From assembly GCF_001194135.2 (NCBI RefSeq), contig NC_069004.1, positions 1,073,405-1,137,404 on the forward strand: a stretch of DNA of 64,000 nucleotides. Reading direction: 5' to 3'. Numbering within the stretch: position 1 is the first letter of the stretch; each line of letters starts with the position of its first letter. Below, piece by piece: positions 25,911 through 38,900 of the stretch. The translations under genes and the position numbers were made by a program. The notes beneath the pieces were generated by a model. The model was not told where the DNA came from and made no database searches. It worked only from the letters and a program-made list of their open reading frames with translations. Origin of the DNA: Octopus bimaculoides. Its lineage: Eukaryota.

Positions 25911-27826
25911 ATGGAGCTCTGGTCTTGCCTACAGTAGATTAACAACAGATTATCTTCTGTTAATATTACATCAAAAATAGCTGGAGAAGAAAAGTATTTT
26001 AAATTTTCTTAGTTCCTTCTATCATAATATAAACTAATGTACGAGGGTAAGAAAACATTTATGTTGTCACATGATCTGCTGATGTAACAGGGCCCCCATA
26101 TCTACCTCCCTCCCTCTGTCTGCCTCAGCCTCCCAATCATCAACCTACTCCATAACATCTTTAATATGGGAACCACATGTTTTACTTGTAAGCTTCTAAG
26201 ATAACATATTCCCACTGACCAAATGCTGAGACTAACTTTTATCTTTTATTTGTTACGGTCATTTGATTGTGGCCATGCTGGAGCGCCTGTTTTAGTCGAG
26301 CAAAGAACAGTTATGCACAGGGATGCAAACAAACAAACACTGGTCGACATGTGGTTGCAGTGGTGATGGGTGATTTCAGGAATCATACATCTGTCCAATT
26401 TATGCAACAAACCACAAGATATGGTGACAGCCATTTGAGAATTAGAAGAAAAAATAAAATAAAAAATAAAAAGCTAAGATATTTTCTCACTCCAAAATAA
26501 GGTTTAAAAACAAAAAGCAAAAGACAAAACAAAAAGAAAACTAAAATCAAGCAAAAGAAAACAAAAACAATGTGCTGTTTAATAAGAGACTTAACATGAC
26601 CTCACCAATTTATCAGCTGCTCGTAACCCAATACCAAAATGACATGCACTTTGTCTAACACAGAAGCATTTTCTGTGCCACAAAGATATATTCTTGTTGC
26701 ACACATCTAATGTTTGCAACCCATTCATCCACCCACACTTTCAGATTTCCAACTGTTTTCTTCTTCTGCTGTTCCAGTTCTCATGATGCTAACAATACGG
26801 CTAATAATAATGGTTCCAAACTAGCAGAGTCTCTAACCTGTGAGGCAATTTCAGGGTAGTTTTGCAACTGAAGAATTGCTTCCACGACTATTTCATCATA
26901 ATGTACATTACACAGAATAATTTTCAAAGAACTAATAAAAACTACCCCCCAACCACCCCCAAAAATGTTCTTTGTCTTCCTCTCTCCGTATGTGTTGTAC
27001 TCTTGAGGAATGAAGATTTGTTTTTAGCAACAAGTCTTCGTTATTGGCAGCTCTCCAGTTCTAATTAAATTCTTTGCTGGCAAATAGGCAGAATAATTAG
27101 AACATTGGATGGTATGCCTTGTATATTTGTTCCGGTTCTCTGTGGTTTGAGTTCAAAACCTGCCAATGCCAGGTTTGCGTTTAATCTTTTTTGGGAGGTG
27201 GTGTTGCTAAAGTACAATTCAAGTGCATTCAAGTACATCATCATCATTTTAATGCTAGCATGAGGCAGACGTTTCTGCAGAAAGATGCCCTTCCAGTCAC
27301 TAACCCTCACCTGTTTTCAAGTAAGGTAACATTTCCCTATAACTGAGCATGTTTACAACAATTATGCAATGTCAAGATAAGGGGACAATAACTCACACAC
27401 ACACACACACAAGTGCATGCATATGTATGTATGTAGCAGGCTTTTTTCTTTTTCCATCTACCAAGTCATCATAAGGCTTTAGTCAGCCCAGGGTTATAGA
27501 AGAAGACACTTTCCCAAGGTGTCATGTACTGGGATTGAACCAGAAACCATGAGGCCGGGATGCAAACTTCTTACTAAGCCTTGATATATTCGCAATTCTA
27601 TTATTTTGTGTCTGAATCATGACAGGGTCAAGTTAACCTTTCATGCATTTGGGAAGTCAAGTTCAGGTAATAATTGTCAGTTGAACAGTGACATTAAAGC
27701 TATTTTAAGATATTGAAAGTAGCTTAAGACATGACTGTCTTTCAGCAACTTTGACATGAAATCTAATAAATGTCCAACAATCAATGTGCATAGCTTTTCT
27801 AGATCACAAAAGCAAGACCGTATTAA

Positions 27827-28032
27827 CACTTTCGTCACAACATTTCTGTTGACAATACACTGGCTTTATATCAATTCATTTTGAAAATAATGAAGAATTT
27901 AGTAAAATAACTTTCTCATGAATCTGGTGTTTGGAAAACAAAATAACATGAAATTTTGAGGGGAGGATTTTAAATTAGATCACTTTAAAATAAGAAGTTT
28001 GTATCACAGAACCAGGACAGGTATCAAAAGGG
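27827..28032. mobile_element. piggyBac-like MITE, family P2
   Basis: TTAA|CACTTTCG ... CAAAAGGG|TTAA: intact TTAA on both sides, 206 bp, internal sequence unrelated to P1. Confidence 0.65.
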
Positions 28033-28254
28033 TTAAAGGTTTAGGCGAAGGTAGCACCAACATTTGGAGATGTATATTAAAAAAAAAAACCAAAAAATTA
28101 TAGGAATGGTAAAAAGAAAAAAAAAAACCCGAGTGAATGTTTCATTCATTTCTAAGATTTCAATACAGGAAATTACTGTTGATTGAGATAATATTTTGAT
28201 AGATTTTTGCATCAGTTCAATTCTGTATGAACAGCGTGAGAAAATGAAGGAGCA

Positions 28255-28425
28255 GCTACACAGCCACTCATTCTGCTAGAAATAGCTGCTGATATCTCTC
28301 TCAAATCACAGTACCATGTTAAAAACAGTACATTGGATTATGTAGCTATAAATAATTCTAAAAAGACAGGAGGGTCATGGCTCAAATGCTCAGGGCTAAA
28401 CAACATCATCATCATCATCATCATG
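28255..28425 (+). mobile_element. Repeat family D
   Basis: ctgctagaaatagctgct...tcaaatcac...cattggattatgtag...gggtcatggct...gggctaaacaacatcatc. Confidence 0.7.
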
Positions 28426-28589
28426 CTGACATAGGCTGGATGGCCTGATGAGGTCCAATGAGCCAATTTCAGCTTTGGGATCATTTCTATGGCTGGAGGC
28501 CCTTCCTAATATCAAACAACATAAGGTATAATTTTAGGGTTTCTATTATAAACTTATGGAAAACTATACATATGTGTGTTTGTGCATGC

Positions 28590-28945
28590 TATGAGGTTAA
28601 GAACTTCACTTCTCAACCTTGTGGTTCTGGGTTCAGTTCCACTGCATGTCACCTTCAACAAGTGTCTTCTGTTACACCTTTGTGAGTGAGTTTGGTAGAT
28701 GGAAACTGAAAGAAGCCCATCATATGTGTGTGTGTATGTGTGTCCTTCCCTTGACATTGTATGACAGTTCATACAAGCAATGTCATTCGTTTCCAATCAT
28801 CCATGGAAAATAGTTCGGATCATGGGGAAATATTACCTGGTTTGGAAACAGGTGAGGGTTGGTGACAGGAAAAACATCCAGCTGTAGAGAATCTGACTCA
28901 ACGATTCCCATCCAAATAATGTAAGCAGGGGAAAGTGGATGTTAA
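28590..28945 (+). mobile_element. SINE family A head with tail type Y
   Basis: ggttaagaac...gggttcagttccactgc head, (TG)n, then gtcattcgtttccaatc...ggaaacaggtgagggttggtgacaggaa...gtggatgttaaa. Confidence 0.8.
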
Positions 28946-29088
28946 AACAAACACACACGTCATTATTGTTAGATGAAGATTTTTGTTATCGAATTCCAGG
29001 CTGCAGATTCTTCAAACCCCATAAATTCTTTGTGCAGAATACTTTTTCATTGTTTGTCAACACAAGTACTTAACAATTCATACACACA

Positions 29089-29131
<43 letters not shown>

Positions 29132-29459
29132 NNNNNNNNNNNNNNNNNNNNNNNNNNNNNNNNNNNNNNNNNNNNNNNNNNNNNNNNNNNNNNNNNNNNN
29201 NNNNNNNNNNNNNNNNNNNNNNNNNNNNNNNNNNNNNNNNNNNNNNNNNNNNNNNNNNNNNNNNNNNNNNNNNNNNNNNNNNNNNNNNNNNNNNNNNNNN
29301 NNNNNNNNNNNNNNNNNNNNNNNNNNNNNNNNNNNNNNNNNNNNNNNNNNNNNNNNNNNNNNNNNNNNNNNNNNNNNNNNNNNNNNNNNNNNNNNNNNNN
29401 NNNNNNNNNNNNNNNNNNNNNNNNNNNNNNNNNNNNNNNNNNNNNNNNNNNNNNNNNNN

Positions 29460-29613
29460 AAATTCTGTGGAATAAGGATTAACTCTGAGTGCTGAGTGCA
29501 GAATCTGGGAAGCAAGACAAAAAGTAGGGTGAGAGAATGAAGATGTAAGTGTATATTAGGTGTATATCTCGGTGGTGAAAGTATGCAGCTAGTTTGGTGG
29601 GGAAGAATCTATT

Positions 29614-29644
<31 letters not shown>

Positions 29645-29790
29645 GGGGTTAGGATAGTGTATTTTAAGTTAGTGGTTGTAGAGAGTTGTTGGGCTGTAGT
29701 GAATCTTCGCTAATCAGTCAGAAATGGCCTTCTTAAGTAGGCGGTCTATAGAATTGTTAGCATGTGTGGAAGCCACTGTTATCCCAGATA
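29460..29790 (-). mobile_element. Decayed Penelope-like reverse transcriptase fragment
   Basis: In mixed frames on the minus strand, in the expected order: LQPL (29681-29670), DIHLIYTYI (29568-29542, cf. DVxSLYTNIP) and ELILIPQN (~29487-29462, cf. ELxLxxNxF). It has stops and frameshifts, an inserted (GA)n, and is cut by a gap. Confidence 0.4.
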
Positions 29791-29894
29791 TGTGAGCAGT
29801 GCACGAGTATGTGTATGCATACACACACACACACACGTGTGTGTATTTCAGGTCTTAAGATACTAAAAATAGAAAATATAAGACTAGGTTTAAT

Positions 29895-30137
29895 GAAAAC
29901 AAGAGTTTCGAATTTTGGTACAGGGCCAGCAGCATTTTTTTTCTTTGTTTTGAGGGGAGGGGGAAGTTGATTACATTGACCTCAGTACTTTGACCGGTAC
30001 TTAATTTATTGACCCTCAAAAGAATGAATGACAAAGTCAACCATGGTAGAATTTGAACTCAGAACCTGAAGACAAATGAAACGCCACTGAGCATTTTACT
30101 CAGCAATGTTAATGAGTCTAACCAACTCATCACCCAG
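29895..30137 (-). mobile_element. SINE family B (diverged)
   Basis: ttcgaattttggtacagggccagc...ggtacttaatttattgaccc...atttgaactcaga...gcatttt. Confidence 0.8.
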
Positions 30138-32236
30138 GCTTCATAAAAATAATAATAATATTAACAAGAGCACTCAGAGAGCGTAAACCTCTGCCGAGGC
30201 AACACAAACGTCCTCTCAATGATTGTCCAGAGATGATGTTTAAAATGAGAATATCTGAAATAAACTCGACTGCTCCCACAAACGAGAATATTAAAAATGA
30301 ACCCGACCACTCTCAAAAATTAAGTAAAAAAAACTGGAAAAATAATCCAGAATCCTTGTCCAGTACCGGGTGGATCCCAAAATGTAGTCAGTTTGCACCA
30401 GTCATGAGGCCAAACATCCCTGAAAGTTTCATCCGAATCCATCAAACAGTTCTTCAGTATAAGGAGTCAGGAGAAATGCTATAACAATAATAAAAGCTTT
30501 TTCTGAAGGTAAAATATAGCAGGAGAAAAAGTCCACTCAATGCAGTAACCTCAATGTGGTTGCTCTACTTGTGTACAAGTGATACATTGGACAATGTAGT
30601 CTTTGACTACAAAAAGTCAGAGTGGCAACAGCTAGAATACTTCCTGGATTAGGACTGACCTTGGGTCAAACAACAGCAATTTGTTTAAATGTAAATTAAT
30701 ACAAATTATATACATATATGTATCATTGTTGTTTGATGTCTATTTCCATACTGACATGCGTTGGATGGTTTGATAAGAGCTGACAAGTGACAGAACTATG
30801 CTAAGCTCCAATATCGGCTTTGGCATAGTTTTCTATAACCGGATGCTTTTCTTAAATGCCAACCACTTCACAGAGTATATTTGGCACTTTTTACGTAGTA
30901 CCAGTACTAAGCAGAAAAAGATAAAACAAAAGTAGGCATAAGGAATGTATTTACATGAAAAGTTGCATATACAAATAAATGATGCAATCAAGTCACATCT
31001 TTACAGCTGTTTCAGAGAACTGATGATTGGTGTCATAACCAGGTATGTTATGTAATATGGTCAATTTTTACAAGCTTGTAGGTGCAAACAAGGTGACATG
31101 AAGCAACCTTAAAGATGTTACAATACATGAAGAAAATAGCCATGGTTTAAGTGACCTTATGAATTGCTCTGGTCTTAATGCTTAAAAACTATTTTGATTG
31201 TGTGTGATGGACTACGACCATGTTGGAGCATTCCTTTGATGGATGTAGTCACTCATTTCAGTATGGTGCTTATTTTGATAAATGTATGTCTGTCAAATCA
31301 CTAAGCTTCTCTTTGTGTGGCTATGGATTCACGAATGTGTATGTATGCTTGTTTGTGCACTGTATACCACAGTGGCTTTTAACCATGGTCCATATAAGAT
31401 TTTTTGGGTGGGTGGGGGGAGTCCATGCTACAGAACAGCAAATTGGGTCCACAGTAGTATTTTAAGGGTAAATGAAAAAAAAATTTTGCTTTAGATGTTT
31501 TGCGCAAAACAACCAGGTTTCTTTCTCTGACATTTTACATAATTCAACCTACACAAGTTAATGTGTGAAAAACAAAATAGGAATTTTGAAAGAGGCTTCC
31601 ATAAGACTATTGGTCAGTTCAGGTCATGTGGTGTTAATACTGTAGAAGTGACACCAGATACTTTATTCTCAGGCCCATTGCTTGGACAAGGTGTTGGCAT
31701 AGTGCTGTTGTACAAATAAATGTATCCAGCAACACCAGTTCCTTGAATTGGGTACCACACATGGCAGGATGAAGGCCAGTGGCTCAGTTGTCGTTAAGTG
31801 GGGTATTAACACATTAGTGGTAGCAGTTGTTATGTGGGGTTAACCGAATCTGATGGTGTTGGGTTACAACTGAGGCATGTGATCAACATCATTTGTACAT
31901 CGTCTTTCCCCATACTAGCAGAGGTTATAGACCGTAAATAGATCCTCTATAACCACATACCCTGCAATAGAAAAGTGGGTGAATCTATGTTGTCAAAATT
32001 TCTGCTGTCATTGTTGTCAACAGATGGCAGGTTTCTAATTATAACAACAGACATTTCCACCTGCTATACAAAATACTTATCAAACCTGGGAATTGAAACT
32101 GACTGAAAACCTCTGCCACATACCTAAATGCACACACACATACACACACAGAGAAAGATCTATGTATGTATGTTTGTATGCATGTGTGCATACACACACA
32201 CATAAAAGAATCAATATGCATTTATATAAATGTACA

Positions 32237-32239
<3 letters not shown>

Positions 32240-32287
<48 letters not shown>

Positions 32288-32630
32288 CCGCACTCATATA
32301 AACACATATAGGCACACATATATATATATATATATATACACACACATGCACACAGCCATCTAAATATACACAACATTGATTAAATGTCTTCTCTCCCTAT
32401 TTAGTTGGCTCAGATGAAACTGCAGCAGATTCCTGCTGCTGGATGCTCTTCCAGCCACCAACACCTGTTTACAAGTGAGGTGATATTCCCCTCAAGTACT
32501 TCAAGCAACAAAAATATTCAATAGAGACATATTTTTGTCAGAAGATTGTAAACAAATGATAGCATTTGTAAGAAAGGCAATCGTTCCAAAGTAGTGCAAA
32601 AATTATTGCAACAAGGGGAACACACACAAC

Positions 32631-32697
<67 letters not shown>

Positions 32698-32803
32698 NNN
32701 NNNNNNNNNNNNNNNNNNNNNNNNNNNNNNNNNNNNNNNNNNNNNNNNNNNNNNNNNNNNNNNNNNNNNNNNNNNNNNNNNNNNNNNNNNNNNNNNNNNN
32801 NNN

Positions 32804-32836
<33 letters not shown>
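32240..32836. repeat. (TA)n and (TG)n microsatellite cluster with gap
   Basis: (TA)n at ~32240-32340 and (TG)n on both sides of the 32698-32803 gap. Confidence 0.9.
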
Positions 32837-32837
<1 letters not shown>

Positions 32838-33040
32838 TGCGTCTGAAACCCCACCATCGCTTGACAACCGATGTTGGTGTGTTTACGTCACTCGTAATCT
32901 AGCAGTTCGACAAATAGCACCGATAGAATAAGTACTAGGCTTACAAAGAATAAATCTTGGGATCGATTTCTTCGACTAAAGCCCTTCACGATGGTGCTCC
33001 AGCATGGCTGTAGTCAAATGACAACCATGTAAAAGAATAA
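32836..33040 (+). mobile_element. SINE family A, tail X segment (head lost in or before the gap)
   Basis: catcgcttgacaaccgatgttggtgtgtttacgtc...ggtgctccagcatggctgtagtcaaatg is collinear with 17180-17345 and follows a (TG)n tract. Confidence 0.8.
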
Positions 33041-33510
33041 TACACAGGCAGACAGCCAAAAAGGCATATAAAATGTATGGTGACTGCTTTTCTCAGAGTG
33101 AATGAAATTATTCGATAGAAACAGCAGTGAAACGTAGCAGGAATGAATATATTATGTTAAAATGCCGGTATATGATGACGGCAGTGCAGTGTTGTGTGTG
33201 AATCATACGGACTGCAAAAATGGATAAAAATTGGTGCAATGCAAAACACGAGAGTTGCTGACATCTTAATCATTGAATACACGAGAAAATATACGTGGAC
33301 GTAGAATAAATGCTTTCCGAATGAATGCATGGTTATATATTATATGTACATATATAGCTAGCAAAGATGACAAAAATGAGGAATGCGACCGGAATATTAT
33401 TAATGATGGAGAAGGCTGATGTTAAAAGCGATAAGACAAAGGATGGGTGGAAGGAAGTGAGCTGATATATTACAAATGGAAATAAATGAAGAGATACGAA
33501 GCGTGTATAA

Positions 33511-33513
<3 letters not shown>

Positions 33514-33576
<63 letters not shown>
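33514..33576. repeat. (TA)n microsatellite
   Basis: Direct reading. Confidence 0.95.
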
Positions 33577-33579
<3 letters not shown>

Positions 33580-36500
33580 TCATACAATAAATTCGAAATT
33601 GAAATGTAAGGAGTATAAAATAAAACGAAATCACAGAAGACCCGATGGTGGAGAAGAGAATGAAATGATGCTAAAATGTCATGAGAGAAAGAGATAAGTC
33701 CGAGAGGTGGGGCGGAGAAAACGTACATCAGTCATTGATTCAGGAGAAAACGGGTGACTTTATGGAAAACAGCCGGGGAGTTGCACTTTTAATGAAGACA
33801 AAGGAAAGATACGAGGACGGAGACACTTATTGGTCGATTATTACATTAAAATTAATCGAGGAAACGTGAAATCAGGTGCGAGCGTCAGTAAAGAATTTCA
33901 ACTTCTTTTTAAATAATCACAAAAGCTATTTGTTTTTTTTTCGAGTGTCTTTTACAGTGTTAGAATATATTTTTTATTCGGGATATTCATGTTGAATGGC
34001 TACTTCATACATTTCACAAATTATGCAAATAAATGTTTGACCATTTGATATCAAAATCATCATCAACAGACATTTATTTAGCGAATGTTATATGTAATAA
34101 TGTACGTGTATTTAAATTTACGAATGCATATATATAATATATATAGACACACACACACATTTACGTACATACATTTACGTACATACAAATATGCACAAAT
34201 TTTTGCGAACAAGCATCGTTTTATTAGGCCCATTCATTAGACTGCGGTCATGCAAGGGCACCGTCTTTAAGGAGTTTTTAGTCGATCATATCATACCCTA
34301 CCCTAGTACTTCGCAGTATAACCGATTTTATCGACTCCGGGAGAGAGGAAACGCAAAGGAAAAAATGCAATTCCAACAAATATATAGGAAACAGACATCA
34401 AAATCTGTAATGTATTCCAGTCAATGAAATAATGCTATATTATAATTAGTATCTGCATATTATTACATTTCAATTATGTCTATTAAATTGACGTTTACAA
34501 ATAAGATTTTAAAAGCAGAGCAGTTAACTCCGTTTAGAATTTAACGACAAATGTAAGATAATTCTGGTGCGATTGTATAATAATTAAGTTTGATGTGAAT
34601 GACTTGTAAAATGACCAAAGTGAAAATAGCCATCCGATTTCAGCAATTTCAAGAAACCGCAAGAGGCAGTGCCATCTGTCTAGAAATGTCAGAATTAAAA
34701 TAGAAGGTTAGGAATTTCAGCATAAAAAAAATGTGATGCCAATGATGCTTCCAAGATCAGCTGATAGAAAGCAATATATAAATTTAAAAAATGCGAGAGC
34801 GGAGGTTTATTAAATAGAATCCGTTATCGTTTACGGCCACAACACGTTGAGGAGGCCAGGTTGCTGAAAGCAAAACCTTTAAAATGACGGTCCGTCGGCA
34901 CGACCATAGCTTCTGGCTGAAACTGAGACCCACGTTGAAAGGAAGCGCCAGAGAACAATCACCACACACACTTTCTCAATGATTCTCTAACATCGTGTTG
35001 GACGAAGATCGGATCATGTATTATTATAAGACGGGAAGGTGGCGGGTGGTGGTGGTGGTGTTACTTCTCAAAGCTCTCAGCTCAAGTGGTAGCCATAGAC
35101 ATACCGTGATACGCCCAACTGCTATGATGTTGTATATGTCACTATGGTTACCTTGCTCAAATAACCAATAAGGAGGATCACAGGGCAATTAGCTGAACCA
35201 CGTAGGTTACTATGGAAATAGCCGAGGAAATCTAGCAGTTGTAGTGGAAATCAGAATCCAGATCCATGAGACAATTAAACGACATTTTAGGTTTTGAAAT
35301 GTACAAAAGTAGTTAACATGAAACTAAAGTTAAATAATATAATTTTCCTGGATGTAAATGTTATATTAAATACATAAAAATGAACCCCTCAAACACAAAA
35401 AGAACTATTCACACACACTAGAATTTCATATTGATTTCTCCCATTGACACAAAGCTATATATATAAAAAAAATATATTGAGAACAGAGGTTGGGGGTCGT
35501 TTTAATCGACCCCCTGTAGACGTGGATCGTACATAATTCATCGACCTCAGCAGTATTTGAAGTCAGAACAAAACGAAGCCAAAACCAGAGTATGAAGGAA
35601 AAAAACTAGTGGTGTTGTATCTACGTGGGCAATACAGTAGGTAAATGTGGTAAAGTTCGTATTAAGCCGTGGGGAAAAGTGAATCATTTTGTGTGTATGT
35701 GTGTGAGAGAGAGAGAGGGAGTGAGAGAGGGGGAGCATATTTCTCTCTCTTCTCCGACGAATGTTTAAACTAGAAACGCCAAGATTCTCATCTTTCTACT
35801 GCAGAACCTAAATTTACCAACTTTCACTAAATACCGAAAGGCCCATACAGCATTAACTAAACGCCTAGAACGTCCTCATCCAATTTCGACAGTCTAATTT
35901 CATCATATTAACCGTTCATAATTACCAAACAGGTTCTTTGAAAGTAATAAGCTTCATGTGGCCCGATTCAGTATAGGATGACGAAGTCATAGCCAAAAAA
36001 TACAGATAATTAAAATATGAAATTACGGTGAAATTATAACAGATACTTTTCACAGAAATGTTATTAATTTTTCATGCAGCAAATTATTGAGTGTGACGAT
36101 ATATTTCGTTATGGCTGGTTAGATATTAGCACGAGAATAATGAATTCGGCGATGTTAACGATGTGACAGCCAGTGCTGGATCTGACCTATTTGTCTATTA
36201 TAGTAGTGATAGTGATATTGAAGTGGAAGTTAGTGGTCGTCATCGTTGTCGTCGATTAGAGAAGTAGACCGAAGATCGGTTTCTGATCGACGACAGCGAA
36301 GCCACTGTTCTTGCAACACATCACAATTTTCTACTGAGTGTGCGTGTGTGTCTCTCTCTCACACACAGCGAGAGAAATGGTTGTCAGCCTGTTTGCACAC
36401 TCGAGCAGTAGTTATCTACTATATAACATTATCTGCACACACTCACACATATATTCAACACCGAAGCCAGGATTATCCAAGCAGATTATCTCGCCTAAGG

Positions 36501-38354
36501 CAAGGGTCAAAGAAAGCTAACTGGTGTCGATCATGAAATCTGGAAGTGCGAACCGAGGCTGTTGAGAAGAAGAAGAAGCGGGTTGATGATAGCAGTGATG
36601 TCTTGGAACTAAGAATGGTGATGGTGACTGAGATTACATCACACATAGTGCTGCTGTTGCTTTATAGTAGTAGTGTAAGCAGCATTTTGTACAGTGAATG
36701 TGTGTGTGTTTTATGTGTGCTGCACTTCATTGATCATATATATAATTACCATGATGAGTAATCAGTCATAAATTTATATTTCACTTTTATTTGTAGATGA
36801 AATGATTATTCTTAAAGTAGAGCCGGATTAACATTTTATAGGTCCCTAGCCTACAAAGTACTACGAGACCCACTTCAGTAACTTCTCGATATCTCTGGGG
36901 GCCCTCCAGTTAGCAGAGAAACCTGGGCAGCAACCCCTAAAACCGATGCTTTTATCTGGCACTGCCCCTGAGTACGATCGCACGAGCGTCCCTGTACAGC
37001 AGGGAAGGTATCCCTCAGGCAGTGTATTGAGTCCAATGTACTTCGATAATTTTTGTAATCTTCCAATTGTACCGCATTTGTTTTATTCACAACGACAGAA
37101 AAACGAACGATTTCAGAACAGAAATGGCCACCGAGGAAAACCAAACCGTGCCGGTCTCGAAATGCCCAAGTGGCTGGCAGAAACCGCCGGTCAAATACTC
37201 CGATCGTGACACCGGCAAATATGCATTTCTAGAGAGGGGCTGTTTAACAGTAGCAGCTGTCTATGCAGTTTAGCCTGGCTGACCTTTTCCATCCGCTTGG
37301 TCCTTTCACCTCTATTTAATAACTACGAGAATAGGAGGAGGGAATATTTAATGACCAAGTACTGCAAATATATATTATTAATGTGTGTGTGTATGATAAA
37401 CGTTAGTGAAACAGTTCGCTGATGCGAACACACAAATCTCTAACAGTTAAGATCTCTACCTCCGGGTCATGCATACTGCATGACATTCTTAATAATGGAG
37501 AGAAGATATAATATTTCAAACAAGATAGTAAAATACACTTTATTAGCTAACGAAATTGCTAATGTATAAAGTGGGAAATGGAGAGGCATCACAAGTGAAG
37601 CGACGGAGAAGATATAATACGAAGGGGATGTCAGCGAGTATACAATGCAACCACTGTAAATCGGTGGCATCGTGACTTTTACAACCACTACAGACACAGG
37701 GAGGGCGGCCACATAGAGACAGTGCCGTTTGGATTGTCTCCGAAAAATATTCTCATAAACTAAAAGTAGATTGAAAGAGACATGGGTCACGACGTGACCA
37801 GGATATAGCAACAAAGTGAAATAAATGTGCGTAAATTCACTTCACACACATCAACTATACATACATACATACATACATACATATCTCTCTTTCTTTCTCC
37901 CTCTATATATTATATTTATAGAAAACAGGCAATCACCTGCGGAAATTCGAAGTCACTGTCAATAAATTGTACATCTATAACATCATGTGGTAGGTGTGCA
38001 TGTGTGATTGCCGCAAAAGGTCAATTAAGAAGGAACTATTACTAAATCGGGAGGTTTAAAATATACTGTACACTTAATTACAATTTGACCCTTTCTGTGT
38101 TACTAACCTAACGCAAATAACTAACGCACTCTCTCTCCCACGCACACACACACATATATATATATATAGAGAGAGAGAGCACACACGCACATTCCCAGAT
38201 ACATCGGATAGTTTAGTTATCAAACGGTGACAGAGAGAGGGGGGGCTTTTTTTTTTTTTGGAGAGGAAATAAATTCGGAGATGGACCTTTGGAAAAAAAA
38301 AGGTCCCAAAACCGGTAGACAGTGTCCATTAAGAAGAGTGTAGGGTCCACTTAC

Positions 38355-38399
38355 CTGTAAGTGGATGGGGACTTTCTTCACAGGCGTCCTACTGGTCAT
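38355..38399 (-). CDS. CRMP: Dihydropyrimidinase/CRMP-family gene, first coding exon (MTSRTPVKKVPIHLQ)
   Basis: Minus strand reads ccgtcaaaATG ACC AGT AGG ACG CCT GTG AAG AAA GTC CCC ATC CAC TTA CAG|gtaagt: caaaATG start context, 15 codons and a consensus phase-0 donor. It joins in frame to the 2383 exon. PVKKVPIHLQ-SAQ matches my recollection of the Drosophila CRMP N-terminus (MSTSPKPVKKVPIHLQSAQNRVYIKNG). Confidence 0.93.
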
Positions 38400-38900
38400 T
38401 TTGACGGAGTGTCGTCTCTATGTATTCCAAATGACTTAAACAATCAGACAGACAGACAGACTGCTGCTGCTGCTGTTTCTTGTACTTCTACTGCTGCTAC
38501 TAGAGAGGGGGGGGAGAAGAGGAGAGAGAGAGAGAGAGCAAGAGAAGGGGAGGAGAACTGCTAGATAGCGATAGGCGCACAAAGGAGACGGAGAAGAGGG
38601 AAGGGAAAGAAGGAGGCGGGAAGGAGGGGAGAGTGGAGGGACATTGAATAGGCGAAGAAACAGAAGCAGGGTGGTGTGTGGCAGTTGTGAAGGGGAGATG
38701 AGAGTGGGCATGAGGGTGTTATTGTAGTGATGATGATGGTGGTGGTGGTAGTGAAATATGCGGTGTAGGACTCGGTGCGTGCGTCAGTGTATAGAGTAGA
38801 AACAAGAGCTATGCTTGAGTGTGTAAGCAGGCACTGGGCTGATATATCTGCTATATAAGTGGTAGCAGTTATAATAAGAATGAAAATGGTGCACACGTTT
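38400..38900 (-). promoter_or_regulatory. Probable 5'UTR and proximal promoter of the CRMP gene
   Basis: Lies immediately 5' of the ATG. It is CpG-containing and free of recognisable SINEs, with (TCTG)n, (CAG)n and CT-rich tracts on the sense strand. A TATA-like TATATAG occurs near 38850-38857. The TSS cannot be placed from sequence alone. Confidence 0.5.

Larger units (their letters stand above)
2384..38354 (-). other. CRMP first intron (~36 kb, GT-AG, phase 0)
   Basis: Defined by the gtaagt donor at 38354-38349 and the ttcag acceptor ending at 2384. It is filled with SINEs, MITEs and microsatellites. The length includes estimated N gaps. Confidence 0.85.

Noticed and set aside
37772-37787. 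TGAAAGAGACATGGGT resembling miR-71
   Set aside because: It has a 2-nt insertion in or next to the seed, a divergent 3' half and no hairpin partner.
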